Assembly (NCBI GenBank): GCA_009780345.1
Contig: WRAG01000010.1
Location: 251 to 64,250 of the forward strand
Length of the DNA stretch: 64,000 bases
Direction of reading: 5' to 3'
Origin: Oscillospiraceae bacterium
GTDB taxonomy: Bacteria; Bacillota; Clostridia; Monoglobales; WRAG01
Both the position numbers and the translations under genes were made by a program. Below the pieces are notes generated by a model. That model was given only the letters and a program-made list of their open reading frames with translations. It had not been told where the DNA came from and ran no database searches. Of this stretch, positions 36,401-42,582 are shown one piece after another; within the stretch, counting starts at the first letter, position 1, and every line of letters starts with the position of its first letter.

Positions 36401-39372
36401 GCGTCGCTTTCATAAAAATTATATACACGCACCCAGTTCGCGAAAAATTGCCCTGATATACTTGTTGTTTCTCCGGGTTGCGTATCTTCGGGACCGGTAA
36501 ATCCGCTAAATAGTTCATCATCCAATATATCATATCTTATCAAAGTCAACTCATCCGGGAATTGTACCCTAAGCGGCATACTCGCAAACCCGGGATTGCC
36601 GCTTATACTGATATCAACCGTTATATTATCTCCGCTATCGGCTCTTAATGAAGATACTGTAAGAGCTATCGGCGACGGTGGCGGCGCCGATACCGTAAAC
36701 CCGGCAAGCATAGTATGACTAACCGCTGTACCTTCATAATAGTCAAGCGCAGTCACTATAATATTGCCGCTATGATTGCCTGCCGGCAACCCTAATTCCG
36801 GTCGAATGGTGAAAGTCGCGCTCTCAAGTGGCAAAAGAGTCGTATTATTTAATCCTCTAACAACTTCCCATCCATCAGGCACGGCAGTTATTTCAAGATC
36901 AGTAACCCGCATGGTTCCATGATTAGTAACTGTAACAATTCTTTCAGCACGTTGAGCATATCCTTCTTCCACGGTTCCGAAATTCAGGTTCCCCGACATT
37001 ATTATTGACAATATCGAGCTCGACCCTCCTGCGGTAATAGTAAACGTATTCGCGCCCGCCGTTATCGGTTCAAACCCTGCAATATTAACGGTATAAATTC
37101 CTACCGGGAAGAAAGCTCTCGGCAATCCAATTGTGATATTGTTTCCGAGAACAGTAATTGTCGCATCTGCTGTCACATCCGTGCCTGTCGCGTTTGTGAC
37201 AGTAATGTCAGAAAGCATAACGCCATGGAGTGGTCCGCCGAATACGATATTAACATCTCTGTCGCGAGCGACGTTAGGAGTAGTAATTACGAATTGGTTA
37301 GCCTCCGCCGGAACGATAGTCAAATAAACCGGAATAGTTAGATTCGCCGGAATTACCCAAGTAGGAATATCAGTAGTTCCGATAGTTCCGCCTGGATTTA
37401 CAGGTCTGACAAATCCTACACGAGTTCTACCAATAGTAGACCAATTGCTAAATGTCGGCCATGTAACCCATTCAACATCAAGGTCAGTCCAACGCTCGCC
37501 TGAGAGATATATTCCCATATCAGGAATACGAAGTCTGTAAGCTATTTCTACAACATTACCTGCAATTTGAGTGCCCCAATTAATGATCGGTGAACCTACT
37601 AAACTAGTAAGTTCAAACGAATCCGGAGCAACGATTGATTGAACCGCTCTTTGCCCCGCAGGTGAAACAGTCAACACAGCGTGAACATTAATCGGATGAG
37701 AAAGACCGGGCACAACAGCTTGACCGGTAGCTTGAACCATGTCGCCTTCGTCTCCTAAATACAAAGTGCCGGATAAAATATGATTCCAAGTAATCGTAGC
37801 AATTTGATTGGTCAACGAACCTACGTTAACCATCGCCGTTGTCGGAAGATCAGTCATACCGTTAGCAAGAGCGTCAGCAATAGTATTAACAGTAACACCG
37901 TCAGCAGGAGGAAGTTCTCTTTGAAACGGTCCCGGCGCCGTAGTGATTGTTCCAAGACCGATATTGCCCGTAAGCGTAAATGTTCCCGCAGTCGCGTTAA
38001 CAACAGCTAAAGTCCAGTTGTTAGGAGCGGTTCCAAGCCCGGTGAACGCGCTTGGCACAAGGTCGATTCCCGCAAACGGAGAACCATTTGGAAGTGTAAC
38101 CGTCCCTGTAAGTGTTTGAGTCCTTTGATTCACGTTAAATCCTGTCCAAGCGATGTTAACATTGCCCTCGCCGGACGGGAATGAAGTCGGAAGTGTTGGA
38201 GCAGTTCCGCCAACAACAGTTGTCGCAGCGTTCAACATGTTAGTAGCCACCACAAGGTCAGCACCTCTAACACTATTTGAACGTTCGATATTTATTGTAA
38301 GATTCTGAGCTGTAATAGTCAAGTCGCCAAATATATAATGATACCAGTTTACATTTGTTGAAATCGGAGTAGCCCCCGGGTCAGACACTCGTAAAGTAAC
38401 AGTACCAAGGTTATCAATCGGTCTAACACCAGCCACATACAGAAGGTTTACGTCAACACCTCTAGTCGCCTCTCTCGGTGTCTGCGAACGTACAAACGCA
38501 GAACCTGTAGTTGGGTCATCTGTAAAACGGTTCAGAGTGACAAATTGTAAGTTTGCAGGAGGTGGATCAACTATAGAGTCAGCAGAAATGCGAGTCGGGT
38601 CCCAACCAAAACGCAACCTTCCACTGAATGACTCAAACTCTCCTGTAGTGCTAATAGTCAACTCAATATCAGTATGTCCGCCTTCGGGCACTAAAACCGT
38701 TAAAACGTTATTCGCAATACCCGCACCGGTGAAAGATAGCGTCGTCGCACCGCCTCCAATGACGCTCGTTGTACGCTCGATATTTAAAGTAAGATTTTGC
38801 GCTGCAACAGTCAAGAAATCGCCAAATTCACAGCCAAAATCATAATGATACCAGTTTATAGTTGTTGAAATCGGATTCGCCCCCGGGTCAGCTACTCGTA
38901 AAGTAACAGTACCAAGGTTATCAATCGGGCTATTACCATTAATATTCAAGAGTTGTAAGTCAACACCTCTGGTCGCCACTCTTGGAACCGCTGAACGCAC
39001 ACTCGCAATACCCGTCGTTGGATCGTCGGTAAAGCGGTTAGCACCCATAGACTGCAAGTTTGGAAAAGGCGGATTAACTATAGAGACAGCAGAAATGCGA
39101 GTCGGATCCCAACCAAAACGTAATCTTGCGCCAGCTGCCTCATACGCCCCGGTAGTGCTAATAGTCAACGCAATATCAGCATGTCCGCCTTCCGGCACTA
39201 AAACCGTTAAAACGTTGTTCACAATACCCGCACCGGTGAAAGAAAGCGTCGTCGCACCGCCTCCAAAACGAGTTTCAACGTCGTCAGGCGTAGCAACAGC
39301 CGTAAAACTAAATAACGCCAAAACCATAGATAAAATTATAACCGCCGCTAATCCTTTTTTAAAAAAGTTCAT
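33496..39372 (-). CDS. 1958-aa secreted protein: 2 tandem cohesin-like modules, Ig-like domains, a cohesin-like module plus dockerin-like module, and an ~850-aa C-terminal region of unknown fold
   Basis: Signal peptide MNFFKKGLAAVIILSMVLALFSFTAVA. Tandem 169-aa modules (GGGATTLSFTGAGI[VA]NNVLTVLVPEGGH..RLRFGWDPTRIS). Cohesin-like ITVDISISGNPGFASMPLRVQFPDELTL. Dockerin-like PGDIDGDGTIDLLDVSWLAKYL ... RPDLDDAVRLKRYLVG at about nt 36046-36234. Confidence 0.8.
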   Translation of the reverse strand: MNFFKKGLAAVIILSMVLALFSFTAVATPDDVETRFGGGATTLSFTGAGIVNNVLTVLVPEGGHADIALTISTTGAYEAAGARLRFGWDPTRISAVSIVNPPFPNLQSMGANRFTDDPTTGIASVRSAVPRVATRGVDLQLLNINGNSPIDNLGTVTLRVADPGANPISTTINWYHYDFGCEFGDFLTVAAQNLTLNIERTTSVIGGGATTLSFTGAGIANNVLTVLVPEGGHTDIELTISTTGEFESFSGRLRFGWDPTRISADSIVDPPPANLQFVTLNRFTDDPTTGSAFVRSQTPREATRGVDVNLLYVAGVRPIDNLGTVTLRVSDPGATPISTNVNWYHYIFGDLTITAQNLTINIERSNSVRGADLVVATNMLNAATTVVGGTAPTLPTSFPSGEGNVNIAWTGFNVNQRTQTLTGTVTLPNGSPFAGIDLVPSAFTGLGTAPNNWTLAVVNATAGTFTLTGNIGLGTITTAPGPFQRELPPADGVTVNTIADALANGMTDLPTTAMVNVGSLTNQIATITWNHILSGTLYLGDEGDMVQATGQAVVPGLSHPINVHAVLTVSPAGQRAVQSIVAPDSFELTSLVGSPIINWGTQIAGNVVEIAYRLRIPDMGIYLSGERWTDLDVEWVTWPTFSNWSTIGRTRVGFVRPVNPGGTIGTTDIPTWVIPANLTIPVYLTIVPAEANQFVITTPNVARDRDVNIVFGGPLHGVMLSDITVTNATGTDVTADATITVLGNNITIGLPRAFFPVGIYTVNIAGFEPITAGANTFTITAGGSSSILSIIMSGNLNFGTVEEGYAQRAERIVTVTNHGTMRVTDLEITAVPDGWEVVRGLNNTTLLPLESATFTIRPELGLPAGNHSGNIIVTALDYYEGTAVSHTMLAGFTVSAPPPSPIALTVSSLRADSGDNITVDISISGNPGFASMPLRVQFPDELTLIRYDILDDELFSGFTGPEDTQPGETTSISGQFFANWVRVYNFYESDAVLLRLTFATDSEAVFNVYPVEASFAIRDYNSIPRNADGEELNIPITNGRILLRDFIPGDIDGDGTIDLLDVSWLAKYLADHDVEINHNAAMVTEASILRGRPDLDDAVRLKRYLVGHDITKAEMNYSDFPDTIIIPDNAIRLSGRVVANRYTNLFGPEIINNQSTAPETVRLNIYNNFGTDNPRYAMPTIYPFTLNNVAFRVGNTNAANFIGQRVVFYIVEEYGQIDDVIVSIVPETNRNVSTRFNIADFDRFEFDWSGNDRIRYFRNAGSRVSTTLSLADNYTVIYNGRTVWDDEIFTHGQSTILGNSLSNGTITVIDTNGTGWNDLIIVNSPQIFVVDEVDTNARVLIARNPVNSRLLPSVIELDTSRLDVSYRITRNGRRIGLGDINEGDVLAVEVNMVNIVDDFLYNIRVLTNTIEGRVAITSASPRSWEPSEWVDSQGNLLPGPTFWIDGTEYYVAVGAYDTSRVRVGSEGTFVLDEFGNIAAFKAPAELINYGFVMMADTGDDGFSRRGLLQILHRDGSVSTRRFAPVVNIENSPFGVDSFRGDGGAAGNFAPLPGGLSFFENKLIRYSVNVSGQITSVEFARSNGWTGREFSSVGPAYVSRTFAFDVRNDRVTTVDYLTPRLSANVNNDTLIFDIQTNEFGEIDSARSGVRTVDDFLFHARILEQVQLFDLNERTGVVQVIVAFDHDPVNADIFPGFGSAEPPDPAYHLAVFNSVAQTINDSDERVRSVEFFQNGERRNLLSTVNTAHHFDNMLRGTAFRYSVNERDEIYEVSALFELDNISVDNTSTSHFTHRLPTLVNLATSFELELGALPNEVSVWTDFDEGQSIIMGPVVQTGAGFITVGPRFTDGMGHNWHNTEAQRWNFASMRYNIRSGANVYVLDMSQGVASMQLIVGDLGNINRPHQQWLTAGARLRTTSLDSWPDFPAPAIAVRDWVVMQMIDGIVTDVIILKAFPYELRL
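38278..39290 (-). repeat. Tandem 507-nt (169-aa) duplication encoding the two N-terminal cohesin-like modules
   Basis: Antisense shadow ORFs at 38537..38845 and 39095..39418 share the same peptide at a 507-nt offset. The two protein modules have near-identical N-terminal halves. Confidence 0.8.
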
Positions 39373-39632
39373 TATACTTCCTCCTTGCTTCTTTAACTTC
39401 GATAATCTCCTTAAATGACTTATCGAAATTTTTACACAAAATTTTTGCCCATATTATGGGTTATTATACAACATTTTCGACAAAATTGCAAGCTTTTTTT
39501 TAAATCGCCATTGATACATGTAAACACTTTTTCCGGTGATTCAAACATCACAGCAAAGGAAACTCCATAATTAAAAAGGTTGACTTTTTCAAAATTTTAG
39601 TATATTATAAACAATATAAGGAGGAATGTGCG

Positions 39633-42281
39633 ATGAAATTAAAAAAACTTCTTTGTTTGATACTTACTTTCACTATAATATTGGCGGTTATGCTGACAAT
39701 GGTAACGTTCGCCGCGCCCGCGCCGGGGGCGCAAGTGGTCGCAAGCGGCAGGCTCGACAATTGGACTGCCGAAGGCTCCATATTTCTAGAACATGGGGCG
39801 TTTGTAAGAGTGAATATGGTGGGTGGACAGCCCCACCCACCACGAAACTTACATTTCGTTGACGGTCGCGACGGTGGCGCGCAAAGAGAATCTTTTTTAC
39901 GATTTGAATTTGCCAATTACATTGATCGTATCCTCGCCGGCGATGAGCTTAGATTGCAACTAAATATTAACGAAGCGGTATGGCATAATCCCGCGGGCGC
40001 ATACATTCTTCCGCCGCACTTAGCTGAGTTTTGCTATATGACGATAGGTCCCAGTATCGTAAGAACAACAAGACCACCAAGTAACACTTCCATGAGCAAT
40101 GATCTCAGCCGATTGGCGGCAACATTTACTCCATTTTCGGCAGGCAGGATACTTACAAGCGATATGGGGCCCGCAGTTCGCGACTTTTTTCTTACTTATC
40201 CGAATGAGACGGGGATAACTTTAAGAATACAGTCGCTTTGCCGCGACCCGAGGCAAACAACCGACGGAACCGCCATTTTTTCATTCAACGGAATGTCGCG
40301 CTTGCCCGGCGAGCCGACATTAGTATTCACTAACACCGATATCGGCGCGCCGTGGAGATTATATGACGACGGCACTTTGGTGGTTGACGAAGGAACTATC
40401 AATCGACCAACCGGGTTTACAACACCGTGGAGTCAATGGCGTTTTGATATTAACAATGTTATCTTCACAGGTCCGATTGACGCCGAAGAATCTTCTTTAA
40501 ATTTCTTGTTTTTTTTCTTTTCGAATATGACAAACATCGAAGGATTGGATTATATCAATACCCGAAATATGCAGACTATGATAGGTTTATTTGAGCTTGC
40601 AAGCAGCTTAACAAGCCTTGATTTATCAAGTTGGGACACAAGTAATGTAACGGACATGAGCCGTATTTTTTCCGGCACGCATAGCCTAACTGATTTAAAC
40701 ATATCAGGTTGGGACACAAGCAACATGAAAAATATGTCTAGCATGTTCGGCGGCACGCAAAGTTTGACAAGCTTAGATCTTTCCCATTTTGACACAAGCA
40801 ATGTGACGAGTATGGGTAGTATGTTTTCGGGTGCGTCAAGCCTATCTAAACTTGATTTGTCAAACTTCAACACAAGCAATGTGATAAGTATGAGTGGAAT
40901 GTTTAACGGTGCAAGTAGTTTGACAAGCCTTGACCTCTCTCATTTTGATACAAGCAACGTTGAAGGTATGAGTATGATGTTTGCTAATACAACAGACCTA
41001 ACACGCTTAGATATTTCCGGCTTTGATACAAGAAACGTTAGGTACATGAACAATATGTTTTGGAATGCAAATTCTTTGCGCGAACTTACTTTGGGTGAGC
41101 ATTTTAGGTTTATGGTGATTGAAACGAGTTGGCCGCAACAAAATCCCGCTCTTCCACCTGTACCCGACAACGACTACTTCACAGGAGTTTGGCAGAATGT
41201 CGGCAACGGAACGGTCGGCAATCCGCTTGGCGAGTTTGAATTTACGTCCGACGAACTTATGGCGGCGCTTGATAGAAATAATCCTAATTCCGCAAACTAC
41301 GCGGGGCAAACTTGGGTTTGGCAGCCGACCGAGGAAAATCGCGTCGATTTCATTTTCGCAATCGAAGTGGAGGGAGAGCTTGACTTCGGCAGGCTTCCGG
41401 TCGGATATGCGCAACCGGCTGGGAGAACGGTTACAGTTACGAATGTGGGTGATCAATCTTTGAACCTGTTTGTGTCTTGGCCGCCGCCTCTTCCGGGAAC
41501 GTTTCCCCCTTGGCCGTGGAGCGGTGGTGCCACTCAGTCACTTGGTTGGGTAGCGCCGGGAGAAAGCGCGACTTTTACGGTCCGAGCTAACACAGGAATG
41601 TCGATAGGAGTTTATCCTCTTAGAATTAGCATACATCATAGAGAACCTTCAGTTACATTGCTTATGGCGACCATATACGCACGATTCGAGGTATACCAAC
41701 AGCAAAGTGGTGGCGGTGGTGGATTTGGAGGCGGCGGTGGCGGCGGAAGTTGGAACAACAATCGCCCAAGCGGAAATGTTTTCTCGTCGCCATCATCCGG
41801 CAACAATGATAATGCAAACAATAATGTTGCAGCACCTCAGACACAACAATTCACCGACGTTTCGCCGAACGACTGGTTTTTCGATTACGTTGAATCCGCG
41901 GTTGCGAGCGGCTTGCTGAACGGTGTTGGAAACGGCGAATTTGCGCCGAACGTGTCAACAACGAGAGCGATGTTTGTAACTGTTCTGTGGCGGCTTGCGG
42001 GAAGTCCGAACGGCTATAACGGCGGTAATTTCAGCGATGTTGCTGACGGTAATTGGTATAGCGAAGCAATTGCGTGGGCGGCGGCGAATGGAATCGTAAC
42101 AGGCGTTGGAAACGGATATTTTGCGCCGAATTTGAACATTACTCGCGAGCAAATGGGGTTGATTTTGTATCGTTATGTCGGAGATTTGGCAGATGAAATT
42201 ATGGACAGGAATTACGTTCCGCAGAACACAGCGACTCGCGCAGAAATGGCGGCAGTTATGTTGAGGCTGAGCGAAAGATAA
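39633..42281 (+). CDS. SLH-anchored surface protein: DNRLRE/CBM96-like domain, BspA-type (DUF285) leucine-rich repeats, Ig-like domain, Gly-rich linker and SLH repeats
   Basis: RBS AAGGAGG and a signal peptide. ESFLRFEFANY. About 7 LRR units of the type LTSLDLSHFDTSNVTSMGSMFSGASSL. LDFGRLPVGYAQPAGRTVTVTNVG matches LNFGTVEEGYAQRAERIVTVTNHG in the 1958-aa protein. Linker GGGGGFGGGGGGGS. SLH repeats FTDVSPNDWF..TTRAM and FSDVADGNWY..ITREQ. Confidence 0.8.
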   Translation: MKLKKLLCLILTFTIILAVMLTMVTFAAPAPGAQVVASGRLDNWTAEGSIFLEHGAFVRVNMVGGQPHPPRNLHFVDGRDGGAQRESFLRFEFANYIDRILAGDELRLQLNINEAVWHNPAGAYILPPHLAEFCYMTIGPSIVRTTRPPSNTSMSNDLSRLAATFTPFSAGRILTSDMGPAVRDFFLTYPNETGITLRIQSLCRDPRQTTDGTAIFSFNGMSRLPGEPTLVFTNTDIGAPWRLYDDGTLVVDEGTINRPTGFTTPWSQWRFDINNVIFTGPIDAEESSLNFLFFFFSNMTNIEGLDYINTRNMQTMIGLFELASSLTSLDLSSWDTSNVTDMSRIFSGTHSLTDLNISGWDTSNMKNMSSMFGGTQSLTSLDLSHFDTSNVTSMGSMFSGASSLSKLDLSNFNTSNVISMSGMFNGASSLTSLDLSHFDTSNVEGMSMMFANTTDLTRLDISGFDTRNVRYMNNMFWNANSLRELTLGEHFRFMVIETSWPQQNPALPPVPDNDYFTGVWQNVGNGTVGNPLGEFEFTSDELMAALDRNNPNSANYAGQTWVWQPTEENRVDFIFAIEVEGELDFGRLPVGYAQPAGRTVTVTNVGDQSLNLFVSWPPPLPGTFPPWPWSGGATQSLGWVAPGESATFTVRANTGMSIGVYPLRISIHHREPSVTLLMATIYARFEVYQQQSGGGGGFGGGGGGGSWNNNRPSGNVFSSPSSGNNDNANNNVAAPQTQQFTDVSPNDWFFDYVESAVASGLLNGVGNGEFAPNVSTTRAMFVTVLWRLAGSPNGYNGGNFSDVADGNWYSEAIAWAAANGIVTGVGNGYFAPNLNITREQMGLILYRYVGDLADEIMDRNYVPQNTATRAEMAAVMLRLSER

Positions 42282-42304
42282 AGGGAATTTAAATTTTATA
42301 CATC

Positions 42305-42342
42305 ATATACGCGCCGTTTAAACAACGGCGCGTATATTTTTT
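42305..42342 (+). terminator. Rho-independent terminator
   Basis: atatacgcgccgtt-taaac-aacggcgcgtatat followed by a T-run. Confidence 0.85.
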
Positions 42343-42496
42343 GTCATTTTTCTAATTTCCCAGAAATGTTTAAAAAGTCCTTGACAAGTTGTTACAGAGA
42401 GTTGCTGTCTAAACGAAAAAATATTGAATCTTACAAGAGGAAATTTACAAAAATTCGCTAAAATGATAAATAAAATGCAACTCAAATTGTGATTAC

Positions 42497-42537
42497 ACAC
42501 TATAATACTTGATTTTTCAAGTATTATAGTGTATAAT
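42497..42537 (+). promoter_or_regulatory. Perfect 16-bp-arm palindrome overlapping the candidate promoter of the 42583 gene
   Basis: acactataatacttga-tttt-tcaagtattatagtgt (42497-42532). TTGATT, 17-nt spacer, TATAAT (42532-42537). Confidence 0.5.
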
Positions 42538-42582
42538 GTAAGCAAAATTATAATTTAAATCATTACAAGGAGCGTGATTTAG

